Positions 7,060 to 15,671 of a DNA stretch of 64,000 nucleotides are shown here, in pieces. The notes below the pieces were generated by a model, which saw only the letters and a list, made by a program, of their open reading frames with translations, searched no databases and was not told where the DNA came from. Source of the DNA: an uncultured Balneolaceae bacterium. Its GTDB lineage: Bacteria; Bacteroidota; Rhodothermia; Balneolales; Balneolaceae. The stretch is from contig CAYREV010000007.1 of NCBI GenBank assembly GCA_964423345.1, forward strand, positions 23,912 through 87,911. Direction: 5' to 3'. The number at the start of each line of letters is the position of its first letter. Positions within the stretch are counted from its first letter, which is position 1. The position numbers and the translations under genes are program-made.

Positions 7060-7319
7060 AATAATTTTTTTTATATTTTAAATGAACCTTAATATTACCG
7101 GTTGAAGGCGGGTTGACCGGATGCAGCAGGGTGTTGCACCTGGCCTGATCCCGATCGCCAATAGGCGGCTAACCGTCATTTATAATGGACGGGCCCTCAA
7201 CCGGAATGAATTTGGAAATGGGAACAAGGAACAGTTCCTTTTAAAAAAATCGATATCTTGGGTACCGGCACCTGCGTTTGCCGTCTACGTTTGAACACTA
7301 AATCCTTCAGCAAAAGCCT

Positions 7320-7760
7320 ATGCATTTACCCCAGACTGCAGAATACGCCCTCAGGGCGATGGCATGTATCGCCCTGAAAAAAGATGAACGCCCGGTAACA
7401 TCGAAGGTACTGGCAGAGGCTACAAACATTCCCAGTCATTACCTGTCCAAAATCATGCGGAAAATGGTTGAAGCAGATCTTGTTACATCAAAAAAAGGAC
7501 ATGGCGGCGGTTTCCAACTGGCCCAATCGCCCGGGGATATCACCTTCAGGATGATCCTGGAGACGGTAGATTATGAAATAGAACCGGAAAGCTGTGTATT
7601 CGGATGGGAAAAGTGCAACAACGATGATCCCTGCCCCCTGCACAATACCTGGAGCCAGCTCAAGGATTCCTTTCACTGGTGGGCCGAAAACGTGACCCTT
7701 CAGGACGTTATAGACCACCCCGGGGAAACCGAACTTATCTTAACTCCCGGCAACGACTGA
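7320..7760 (+). CDS. Rrf2-family transcriptional regulator with three-Cys Fe-S motif (NsrR-like)
   Basis: 'MHLPQTAEYALRAMACIAL', 'IPSHYLSKIMRKMVEADLVTSKKGHGGGFQLA' (winged helix), and 'CVFGWEKCNNDDPCPLH' (three clustered Cys). It is divergent from the HCO operon and close to nirK. Confidence 0.85.
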   Translation: MHLPQTAEYALRAMACIALKKDERPVTSKVLAEATNIPSHYLSKIMRKMVEADLVTSKKGHGGGFQLAQSPGDITFRMILETVDYEIEPESCVFGWEKCNNDDPCPLHNTWSQLKDSFHWWAENVTLQDVIDHPGETELILTPGND

Positions 7761-7789
7761 ACCAACTCTTTTAGCGGACTACATCTCAC

Positions 7790-8287
7790 ATGAACCTGTA
7801 CTACCTTTCCGTCTTTATCCACATAGTATCGGCAATCTTCTGGATTGGGGGCATGCTGTTTACCGCAGCCGTACTGGTGCCCGCCTCCCGTGATAAGCTC
7901 CTGAGAAATAAAAAGGGAGCCTTTTTTACGCTTGTGGGGGTCAAATTCAGCAGGCTGTCATGGATCTTGTTTGCTGTTTTATTCATTACGGGAATAACCA
8001 ACCTGCTGGCCCGCGGCTTTCACCTGCAGGACTTTGTGTCGGCACCATTCTGGCAGAGCGGGCTCGGAGATGCCCTGGCTGTCAAACTGCATCTGTTTGC
8101 GGTTGTACTGGTAATAAGTGGCATTCATGATTTCTATGCCGGACCAAAGGCGGCCGAACTCATTGACCGGTCCCCCGGCAAACCGGAGACTCGCCGATTC
8201 CGTAAGCTGTCCAGCTGGCTGGGCCGCATCAACCTGTTACTGGGACTGGCAATCCTGTATTACGCCATGAAAATGGTCCGCGGTTAG
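7790..8287 (+). CDS. CopD-family-like four-TM membrane protein
   Basis: 165 aa with four hydrophobic helices. The N-terminal 'FIHIVSAIFWIGGMLF' motif resembles the CopD/HemJ-type 'H..aa..W.GG' helix. It lies 29 nt downstream of the Rrf2 gene and is probably co-transcribed. Confidence 0.45.
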   Translation: MNLYYLSVFIHIVSAIFWIGGMLFTAAVLVPASRDKLLRNKKGAFFTLVGVKFSRLSWILFAVLFITGITNLLARGFHLQDFVSAPFWQSGLGDALAVKLHLFAVVLVISGIHDFYAGPKAAELIDRSPGKPETRRFRKLSSWLGRINLLLGLAILYYAMKMVRG

Positions 8288-8304
8288 ACGACTTTCCAAA
8301 CTAC

Positions 8305-9567
8305 TTACTTCACAAACTGCGGATGGATGGAGAGCATCACCCAAGCCCAGGACTGAAGTCCGTCGGCATCCACACCGCGAAGCGTTTCCATTGATCCGGA
8401 AGGCGAAAGCAGGGAATATCCCACCTTCAGGGAAATATCCGAACTGAAGCTATGCGCCAGGCTGAAATCAATTTCGGAACCCAATCCTTTTTCCAGGATT
8501 TCGCCGGGCACCGTCGGGTTCACCGCCGCTTCCGCCAGTGCAAAATAGTGGTAGGTCAGTGATATGTTGGACGCTGATCCCCTTTTGTACACGGCCTGCA
8601 CATACAGGTCCTGAAGTCCCCCGAAACGGCTGTCGGCCGGCACGTTCAGGAAATAATCCATATGCCCGTAGAACTTGTGGTTGGTGGCATACAAGGTGTT
8701 AAAGGCGTGGCGGCGTGGATTGGGGTCGTCGGCCCCTCCTCCCGAGAGGTAATCGTAGCCGGCAGACAGGTGGAATGCATCCAGCTCATATCCGGCTTTT
8801 ACCGCATACATATAGGCCCTTATATTTTCCCTTGTGGCATCATCCCCGCTTTGAAGGTAAACGGTCCCTGTTGTATGAATTCCGTTAAGCCGGTACTGGA
8901 GATGGGTCCCGTAGGTATAGCGAAACTTGACCGATCCCGACGGCCGTTCAAAACCATCGGTTATTCCGATAAAGGATGCCTGGAAGTTTTCCCACTTTTT
9001 TTGCAGCCATATATATGTCAGGACCTTGTAGTTTTTAAGCGTATACGTATTACCCAGCAGGTTTTGTGCCTCCTGGTTATAGGCTCCTCCCAGGTCCAGG
9101 CTAAGCCTGCCATCCCCCTTGCGAAGCTTCAACACCAGGGCATCATGGCTGCGTCCCTGCTGGGTCCAGTTGACACTTCCCAAGAGGCGCTGGTCGTCAT
9201 AGATCAATTCCTGGCGGCCCATTTTGATTGCTGATGCATCGGCTACCTTTACCTCTGCCCATGCTTCGTGAACATTCACATTGGGTGTGTCCCCAAGCTG
9301 TTCTACTTCCCCCCAGACCCTTACATCCTGGCCGGACAGTTTTATTTTGTACAGTTCCGTTTGATACCGGAGGCTCAGGCGCGCCCGTTGGGATATAAAA
9401 AATGCCGGCTCCACATCGGCGGTTTTCATAATCCTGTACCCGTTACGATATTCAGATCGGGGCCTGAACTCCCCCTCCACACTCAATTGAGCCTTTGTGG
9501 TGGCAGGTAAAACCATCAGTAAACAGCAAAGAACAAATAAACGGCTAACGGCTTTGTAAAAATTCAT
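8305..9567 (-). CDS. Outer-membrane beta-barrel porin (alginate-export-family-like)
   Basis: 420 aa with signal peptide 'LLMVLPATTKAQ'. The N-terminal 'EGEFRPRSEYRNGYR' motif and alternating beta-strand pattern resemble Alginate_exp-type porins, which are often found next to N-oxide genes. Confidence 0.5.
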   Translation of the reverse strand: MNFYKAVSRLFVLCCLLMVLPATTKAQLSVEGEFRPRSEYRNGYRIMKTADVEPAFFISQRARLSLRYQTELYKIKLSGQDVRVWGEVEQLGDTPNVNVHEAWAEVKVADASAIKMGRQELIYDDQRLLGSVNWTQQGRSHDALVLKLRKGDGRLSLDLGGAYNQEAQNLLGNTYTLKNYKVLTYIWLQKKWENFQASFIGITDGFERPSGSVKFRYTYGTHLQYRLNGIHTTGTVYLQSGDDATRENIRAYMYAVKAGYELDAFHLSAGYDYLSGGGADDPNPRRHAFNTLYATNHKFYGHMDYFLNVPADSRFGGLQDLYVQAVYKRGSASNISLTYHYFALAEAAVNPTVPGEILEKGLGSEIDFSLAHSFSSDISLKVGYSLLSPSGSMETLRGVDADGLQSWAWVMLSIHPQFVK

Positions 9568-9603
9568 GTCTTGAGAGATTTTAAATTGAAATGCCTATAC
9601 ATA

Positions 9604-9641
9604 AAACCGGGGGAGCCGTACTTAAACAACTCCCCCGGTTT
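9604..9641 (-). terminator. Intrinsic terminator downstream of the azurin-like gene
   Basis: A 10-12 bp GC-rich stem, AAACCGGGGGAG / CTCCCCCGGTTT, followed on the minus strand by TTTTAT. Confidence 0.6.
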
Positions 9642-9671
9642 CTTAAGATGGAAAGCCCTTAGTTCCGATAA

Positions 9672-10151
9672 CTAAGTTGCCTCCCTTTTTACAGTCAGGA
9701 TACCTTTCATACCGCCCGAATAGTGGCCCGGGAAGGTACAGATGTATTCGTACTCGCCCGGTTTGTCGGGAGCCGTAAAGGTAACCTCTACGGTTTCCCC
9801 TCCTCCGGCCAGGCCGGTATAGGCCAGGATCTGGTCCTCCATATCCGGTGCGATATATTCGTTGTCGGATGCTCGTGCCGAGGCGATAGCCACAGCAGTT
9901 GCATCCGCATCGGATTCCAGAAGAACGAAGTTGTGGGCCATAGCCACTTTCGGAAAGTCGCTGACCGTAGTCAGTTTAACGATGACCTTCTGGCCCGGCA
10001 GGACTTCGATATTAGTGACCGTAAACTTCAACTGGTTGGTTCCCTCCATTTCGATGACTTTGACGGCCGGGTTATCGGCCAGCCCGACCTGGGCTATTAA
10101 CAGCATCGGTAACAGGAGTAACAGTGATTTTATTTTTTTGATCGTTTCCAT
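9672..10151 (-). CDS. Azurin-like blue copper protein (cupredoxin), secreted
   Basis: Signal peptide, 'AMAHNFVLL' (His ligand), and 'YICTFPGHYSGGMKGILTV' (Cys-x2-Pro-Gly-His-x4-Met, as in azurin 'CTFPGHSALMKG'). Confidence 0.85.
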   Translation of the reverse strand: METIKKIKSLLLLLPMLLIAQVGLADNPAVKVIEMEGTNQLKFTVTNIEVLPGQKVIVKLTTVSDFPKVAMAHNFVLLESDADATAVAIASARASDNEYIAPDMEDQILAYTGLAGGGETVEVTFTAPDKPGEYEYICTFPGHYSGGMKGILTVKREAT

Positions 10152-10200
10152 GGTTGTATTCCTCTTGGATTATTTAATTATAAATTCAGTATTCGATTAA

Positions 10201-11331
10201 TTACTTGATGTCGGCATCAAAGATGTCCGGGCGTTTCTTGCCTTCCACATTGATGATACCGAGCATGCCTTTATGGGCAACCCTGCTGAGGGCGTGGTCG
10301 ACCAGCTTGACCGGTCCGGGTACGGGGAAATCCATTTCAAAGATGCCGCAGCTTCCCGGTGCCACATGGCAGGTTTGCACATATCGTTCCGGCTTGCTGG
10401 CAATGGCCCCTTCTCTCCAGGCTTTGGTGAATACATTGCCGATGGGGTGGAAATTGCTGGTCACATTCGGCCCGCCGGTAACCAGGTAGATACGCGCGGT
10501 CTCGCCGGTTTTGACATTGAGCGCTCCATACCGGTTGTCGGTGATGGCCTGGGATTCGCCGTTCAGCAGTACATAATTTGGATTTTCATCGATCATGGCC
10601 TGCGTATTGAAAAGGTGCATACCCTTCTCTCCCGCTTCCCTGTTGGTATATACCTCGTGCTGTCCGAAGTAGAACTCGTGATCTACCGGGGGAAGACCCT
10701 CTTCGGGCTCTACCAGTATCATGCCGAACATTCCGCTGCTGATGTGGTAGTCCATGCGTGGGACCGCACAGTGATAGATGAAGGCTCCGGGGTACATCGC
10801 CTTGAATTTCAGCTTGGTGGATTGGCCGGGAGGGCACAGGGTGGCTTCGGCTCCTCCGCCGGGGCCATAAACCGCGTGGAAGTCCACGTTGTGAATCATG
10901 GTATTTTCAGAGAGGTTCTTATGGGTCAATATTACCGTATCGCCCTGGCGTACACGCACCATGGGGCCGGGTACCTGCCCGTTGTATGTGAGATACTTGA
11001 ACTTGACGCCGTCTTCGATTTCGGCGATGACCTCCCGGCTTTCGAGCGTGATCTCATGGATTTTGGGCTTTCGGCGCTTGATCGGCCCGGGGATGTCGGT
11101 AGGATCGGCGGCAACCCGCTGAACCGTGGGAATATTTAGCATGGAAGCCGGGGTGAAATCGCCCGCCTTGCCAACTTCTTTGGCCTGCCCCACCTTGGGG
11201 AACCCCATGCCGGCCAGGAACCCGCCTGAGAGCAGGGCCGCGCCCGTGTTTCTCAGAAACCTTTTTCGAGACTGGGTAGGCTTGTCGTTAACGGCAGTGA
11301 TTTGATCGGAAGTATAATTTTTGCTTTCCAT
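10201..11331 (-). CDS. nirK: Copper-containing nitrite reductase NirK with Tat signal
   Basis: 'RKRFLRNTGAALLSGGFLAGMG' twin-arginine leader; 'HNVDFHAVYGPGGGA' and 'YHCAVPRMDYHISSGMFG' type-1/type-2 Cu ligand motifs; 376 aa two-cupredoxin size. Confidence 0.92.
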   Translation of the reverse strand: MESKNYTSDQITAVNDKPTQSRKRFLRNTGAALLSGGFLAGMGFPKVGQAKEVGKAGDFTPASMLNIPTVQRVAADPTDIPGPIKRRKPKIHEITLESREVIAEIEDGVKFKYLTYNGQVPGPMVRVRQGDTVILTHKNLSENTMIHNVDFHAVYGPGGGAEATLCPPGQSTKLKFKAMYPGAFIYHCAVPRMDYHISSGMFGMILVEPEEGLPPVDHEFYFGQHEVYTNREAGEKGMHLFNTQAMIDENPNYVLLNGESQAITDNRYGALNVKTGETARIYLVTGGPNVTSNFHPIGNVFTKAWREGAIASKPERYVQTCHVAPGSCGIFEMDFPVPGPVKLVDHALSRVAHKGMLGIINVEGKKRPDIFDADIK

Positions 11332-11355
11332 CTTATCGGAGTGTTTTATTCGAAT

Positions 11356-11375
11356 TATAGATTTAATTGTCTATA
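11356..11375. promoter_or_regulatory. Operator-like palindrome TATAGA-N8-TCTATA between the putative nirK promoter and the nirK start
   Basis: It has the same architecture (6-bp arms, 8-bp spacer, ATAGA/TCTAT core) as the two sites at 7007-7059. It lies 25-45 bp upstream of the nirK ATG. Confidence 0.35.
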
Positions 11376-11399
11376 GATAATTTTGTCTACTAATAGTAA

Positions 11400-11415
11400 T
11401 TCAATAGTCATGCCA
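11400..11415 (-). promoter_or_regulatory. Sigma-54-like -24/-12 element (TGGCAT-N5-TTGAA) facing nirK
   Basis: The minus strand reads TGGCAT GACTA TTGAA. The GG and the spacing are correct, but the -12 element is TTGAA rather than TTGCA. It lies about 70 bp upstream of the nirK ATG and about 115 bp from the TTGCA-N4-TGCAA palindrome pair. This geometry matches the stronger yceI promoter. Confidence 0.3.
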
Positions 11416-11519
11416 AACCCCTGTATTGCATAAAATTCTTTTTAAAAAGCTGCTCATCACCTTTCAGATGGGAAATATGATCGGGCATTAAATGCTGGAA
11501 AGAGCATGTGAAACGGGAG

Positions 11520-11578
11520 TATTGCAGAATTGCAATACCGCGAAATCTGGAATCTGGCAGATTTGCAATCCTGCAAAT
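11520..11578. promoter_or_regulatory. Pair of TTGCA-N4-TGCAA palindromes (candidate enhancer/UAS for a sigma-54 activator)
   Basis: TATTGCA-GAAT-TGCAATA (11520-11537) and ATTTGCA-ATCC-TGCAAAT (11561-11578). Both have perfect 7-bp arms, and their centres are 41 bp apart. Confidence 0.5.
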
Positions 11579-11768
11579 AGGTGTTATAGCCCCCCCTCCT
11601 ATCTATAAAAGTTCAGATACCCGGATTAGCATTCGTTACCCTCCCGATTTGACATGCCATACATACATTTTCAAAAAAACAGTTAATAGAACAGGTTCCA
11701 GTTTGAAATAAAGTTAGATTATTCTACATTATTTAATAATTAAGATAAAATAGTATTAAATATTATAT

Positions 11769-13859
11769 ATGGACATGAATGGCCCAAATTCCGCTCCCGA
11801 AAAACGATGGTCCCGTCCCCTTGTGATCCTCGTATCGGCGTTTCTGCTGTTTGAAACCATTACCGGCCTGCTGATATACTTTCTTCCGTTCAGTATCAGC
11901 AACCAGATGATGATCCTTGTCCACACCGGCATTGGGATCGCATTCTGTATCCCCTACCTGGTGTACCAGGTACAACACTGGCTCAGTCAGCGCCAACGAC
12001 CGCTCAGTGAAATCAAGCTTACAGGGTACATCTCCATGTTCGCTGCCCTGGCAGCCGTCATATCGGGACTGGTCCTTACATGGCAGGCCCTGTTTGAAGT
12101 CCGTATCAGCTATACATGGGACAAGATCCACCTGTTCTCTACTTATGTGCTGCTGGCCTCACTGCTACCACATATTGTGCTCATTGTCATACGCGACTAC
12201 AAGGCACGCAACAATCCGGTGATGAAACCGGTGATCGAATCCGAAAAGAATTTCGGCATAAGCAACCTCTTTGCCGTGCTTGCACAATTTGCGCTGGTAT
12301 TACTGCTTATATATGCTTTTGAGCCGACTCCCGTCGATAATAGCCTTCCCGAAGATTACCACTATACGGACGAAAGCGGCGACCGGCCCTTTGCGCCCAG
12401 CCTGGCAACCACCGAAAACGGCGAGGGCATCGATGACCTGCTGCTGGGAAAATCGGAAACATGCAGCAGTTCGGGATGCCACGAACAGATCGGAAAAGAG
12501 TGGGAGGCCAGCGCTCACCGCTACTCGGCTATGGACCCGGCTTTCCGGGCCGTCCAGACCGCCATGGGTAATCAGGAGGGACCCATGTCTACCCGTTATT
12601 GCGGTGGTTGCCACGATCCCATCTCCCTGTTTTCCGGAACCAAGAACCTGTTCAGCGACAGCCTGACCAATAAGATGGGCATGGACGAAGGGGTCTCCTG
12701 TGTCTCCTGCCATGCCATCAAGCAGGTGGATGTATCAGGAAATGCCGATTATGTGATTGCACCGCCCGAACGCTATATCTTTGAACTGAAAGACGGTAAG
12801 ATGGCCAAACTGATCAGTGATTTTCTGATTAGGGCCTACCCCCAGAAACATATCGACACCTTCCAGCGGCCACTGCTGAAAACTCCGGAATTCTGCGGAT
12901 CCTGTCATAAACAGTTTATAGACGAAGAGATCAATAACGTCGGATGGGTACAACTGCAGAACCAATACGACAATTGGCGTAAGAGCCGGTGGAATCATCC
13001 CAAAGAACCCACAAAAACCATTCAGTGCCGGGAATGCCATATGCCCCTCACAGATTCCTTTGATCCTGCCAGCGGGGACGATTTGGATTACAACCGTACC
13101 AAGGACGACGGGAAGCACCGGGACCATCGATTCCTCGGAGCCAACCAGCTGATACCCACCCTGCTGGACCTGCCGGGAGCCGAAGAGCACGTCAAACTCA
13201 CCGAAAAATGGCTAAGGGGTGAAATAGAGATTCCGGAAATCGCCGACAAATGGCGAACCGGGCCCGCAGTGCCCATCAACATTGTTGCTCCGAGAGAGAT
13301 AACCGCAGGCAATGACCTTGAGATAAGCATTGTCATAAGCAACAACAAAACAGGACACCACTTCCCCACCGGACCGCTCGATATCATTCAATCCTGGCTG
13401 GAGATTGTGGTGACAGATCAGGATGGAAACGAGATATTCACTTCCGGAACCCTGGACGAAAATAATTTTATCGAACCCGGCTCCTTTATTTTTAAAGCCG
13501 AACCGGTAGACCAGTACAATAATGTTATCGACCGGCACAACCTATGGGAAATGGTGGGCGTACGATACAGCCGGGCCCTCTATCCCGGCCATTCCGATAA
13601 CGCCGACTTCCGGATACCCCTGCCCGATTCACTGGGCCGGAAAAGCAGTGTTTCCATGAACATACCGGGCGACAAGCTCAACACCGATAAACACCAAACC
13701 ATTTTGAATATCAGTGCCCGTCTTCAGTACCGGAAAATAAATCAATACCTGATGAATGCGGTTTTCGGCAATACCTACGACAACCCCACCGCCACTGTTA
13801 CTACGATTTCAAGCGACCGGGCCGATGTAACCGTACTGAAAACAGACGCAACCTATTAG
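11769..13859 (+). CDS. Membrane-anchored multihaem cytochrome c (N-terminal ~5-TM domain + periplasmic domain with five haem-binding motifs)
   Basis: 696 aa. The N-terminal ~190 aa hold five hydrophobic helices with several His. Haem motifs are 'CSSSGCH' (CX4CH), 'CGGCH', 'CVSCH', 'CGSCH' and 'CRECH'. Confidence 0.8.
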   Translation: MDMNGPNSAPEKRWSRPLVILVSAFLLFETITGLLIYFLPFSISNQMMILVHTGIGIAFCIPYLVYQVQHWLSQRQRPLSEIKLTGYISMFAALAAVISGLVLTWQALFEVRISYTWDKIHLFSTYVLLASLLPHIVLIVIRDYKARNNPVMKPVIESEKNFGISNLFAVLAQFALVLLLIYAFEPTPVDNSLPEDYHYTDESGDRPFAPSLATTENGEGIDDLLLGKSETCSSSGCHEQIGKEWEASAHRYSAMDPAFRAVQTAMGNQEGPMSTRYCGGCHDPISLFSGTKNLFSDSLTNKMGMDEGVSCVSCHAIKQVDVSGNADYVIAPPERYIFELKDGKMAKLISDFLIRAYPQKHIDTFQRPLLKTPEFCGSCHKQFIDEEINNVGWVQLQNQYDNWRKSRWNHPKEPTKTIQCRECHMPLTDSFDPASGDDLDYNRTKDDGKHRDHRFLGANQLIPTLLDLPGAEEHVKLTEKWLRGEIEIPEIADKWRTGPAVPINIVAPREITAGNDLEISIVISNNKTGHHFPTGPLDIIQSWLEIVVTDQDGNEIFTSGTLDENNFIEPGSFIFKAEPVDQYNNVIDRHNLWEMVGVRYSRALYPGHSDNADFRIPLPDSLGRKSSVSMNIPGDKLNTDKHQTILNISARLQYRKINQYLMNAVFGNTYDNPTATVTTISSDRADVTVLKTDATY

Positions 13860-13872
13860 AAGTTTATTCAGC

Positions 13873-15669
13873 ATGTCCAGAAGAAAAAAACGAATTCTCT
13901 ACACCTCCCTCTTTTCAACTGCCATATTTCTGCTGGCCGGCTGGCACATTTGGGAAGATGATGAAAGGAAAATCTACCTGCCGGGAGAAGAAGTACAGGG
14001 CGTAACCACTCGCCTGAACCGGGAGATCCCCAAAGACTTTAATGCTTTCACCTTTAGCGATGTTACGGACAAGTCGGGTATCGACTTTACCCATTTCAAC
14101 CACAGGAGAAGTTCCCGGCTTCCCGAGGACATGGGTTCCGGGCTCGCCTGGTTCGACTATGATAACGACGGATGGGACGATCTGTTCCTGCTTAATTACT
14201 CTCTTCCCCTGGGTGATCAACATAAAGATCCCGATCAGACTCCGTCCAGAAGCAAACTGTACAGGAACAACGGGGACGGTACTTTTACGGATGTAAGCAA
14301 ACAGTCGGGCTTGGACCTGGCGGTCAGGGGAATGGGCGTAGCTGCGGCCGACTACGACAACGACGGGTGGACCGACCTCATTATAACAACCTACGGAACC
14401 AACCGCCTTATGAAAAACAACGGAGACGGAACCTTTACAGATGTAAGCAAGGAAGCGGGCATCGATTTCGGACCGGGCTTCTGGGCCGGGGCATCGTGGG
14501 GGGACTTCAACCGCGACGGAAATCCGGATCTTTATATTACGGGGTACGTCAAATTTGAAGATTTCGACTTGTCGGGCGAGAAACTTGCGGTTGAGGAACC
14601 GCCCAGCATCAATCCCTCCTCCTTTCTTCCCGAACGCAACCTGTTATATCAAAATAACGGGAACGGAACTTTTACAGAAATATCCCGCCAGACAGGTACG
14701 ATCAACGCTACCGGGCGCAGCCTCTCGGCCTCTTGGGTGGATGTGAATAACGATTTATGGCCCGACCTGTATGTGGCTAATGACGTCTCCGACAATATCT
14801 TATATCTCAACAACGGCGACGGTACATTTAGCGATATTAGCCATACCGCCCATGTGGCCGACTACCGGGGGGCCATGGGGCTGGCTACCGGCGACTGGGA
14901 CGGTGACCTTGACATGGATCTTTTTGTGACTCACTGGATCGCCCAGGAAAATGCGCTTTATACCAACCGCCTGCGCGATACCCTGCAGTCGTCTTCCGGA
15001 AGGCTTCGTTTCAAAGATGATTCGGCCAACCATGGCCTGGGACAATCCTCGCTGGATTTCGTGGGTTGGGCAACGGCTTTTACCGACTTCGACCTGGATT
15101 CGCGGCCGGATATCTTTATAGTCAACGGCAACACCATCCAGTATCCGGACAATCCCGAAAGACTAAAACCGATGACCGACCAGATATACTGGAATGCCGG
15201 AGCCAAACGAGGTTTTTACGATGTCTCAAAATTAAGCGGCTCCTATTTTGCCAAGGAGTTTGTCGGGCGCGGCGGTGCATATGCCGACTTTGATCATGAC
15301 GGAGATCCCGATTTGGCCATCATCAACCACGGTGGCAAGGCTGTATTGCTCGAAAATAATCAACATAGCGGAAACCATTGGCTGAGCATCAGGCTGGAAG
15401 GCACCGAAAGCAATCGTTCGGCCATAGGTGCTCATATTCGCATCACCACGGCAGAAAAAGTACAGGTGAAACAGGTGGGTTCCCAAAGTTCCTATCTCTC
15501 GCACAACAGCCTGGAACAACATTTCGGTTTGGGCAAGCACCGCAAAGTGGATACCCTGGAAATCAGGTGGCCCGGGGGTAAAATTGATACCTTCCCGGAT
15601 ATCAAGGCGAATCAGGTTCTGATCATAAAAGAAGGATCAACTGAATCATCCATCATGGCAGTCAATTAA
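13873..15669 (+). CDS. CRTAC1-family protein (FG-GAP/VCBS repeats + ASPIC/UnbV C-terminal domain)
   Basis: Repeated 'DYDNDGW.DL' / 'NNGDGTFTDVS' FG-GAP-type calcium-binding repeats. The C-terminal 'AIGAHIRITTAEKVQVKQVGSQSSYLSHNSLEQHFGLG' is typical of ASPIC/UnbV. Confidence 0.85.
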   Translation: MSRRKKRILYTSLFSTAIFLLAGWHIWEDDERKIYLPGEEVQGVTTRLNREIPKDFNAFTFSDVTDKSGIDFTHFNHRRSSRLPEDMGSGLAWFDYDNDGWDDLFLLNYSLPLGDQHKDPDQTPSRSKLYRNNGDGTFTDVSKQSGLDLAVRGMGVAAADYDNDGWTDLIITTYGTNRLMKNNGDGTFTDVSKEAGIDFGPGFWAGASWGDFNRDGNPDLYITGYVKFEDFDLSGEKLAVEEPPSINPSSFLPERNLLYQNNGNGTFTEISRQTGTINATGRSLSASWVDVNNDLWPDLYVANDVSDNILYLNNGDGTFSDISHTAHVADYRGAMGLATGDWDGDLDMDLFVTHWIAQENALYTNRLRDTLQSSSGRLRFKDDSANHGLGQSSLDFVGWATAFTDFDLDSRPDIFIVNGNTIQYPDNPERLKPMTDQIYWNAGAKRGFYDVSKLSGSYFAKEFVGRGGAYADFDHDGDPDLAIINHGGKAVLLENNQHSGNHWLSIRLEGTESNRSAIGAHIRITTAEKVQVKQVGSQSSYLSHNSLEQHFGLGKHRKVDTLEIRWPGGKIDTFPDIKANQVLIIKEGSTESSIMAVN

Positions 15670-15671
15670 AT

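Noticed and set aside
7266-7281. Sigma-54-like sequence CGGCAC-CTGCG-TTTGC upstream of the Rrf2 gene.
   Set aside because: The GG-to-GC spacing is one nucleotide too long (11 instead of 10). Sigma-54 promoters are very intolerant of spacing changes, and no palindrome pair lies upstream.
11556-11570. TGGCAG-ATT-TGCA within the second nirK-region palindrome, which superficially resembles a -24/-12 element.
   Set aside because: The spacing between GG and GC is far too short. The TTGCA here is better explained as a palindrome half-site.
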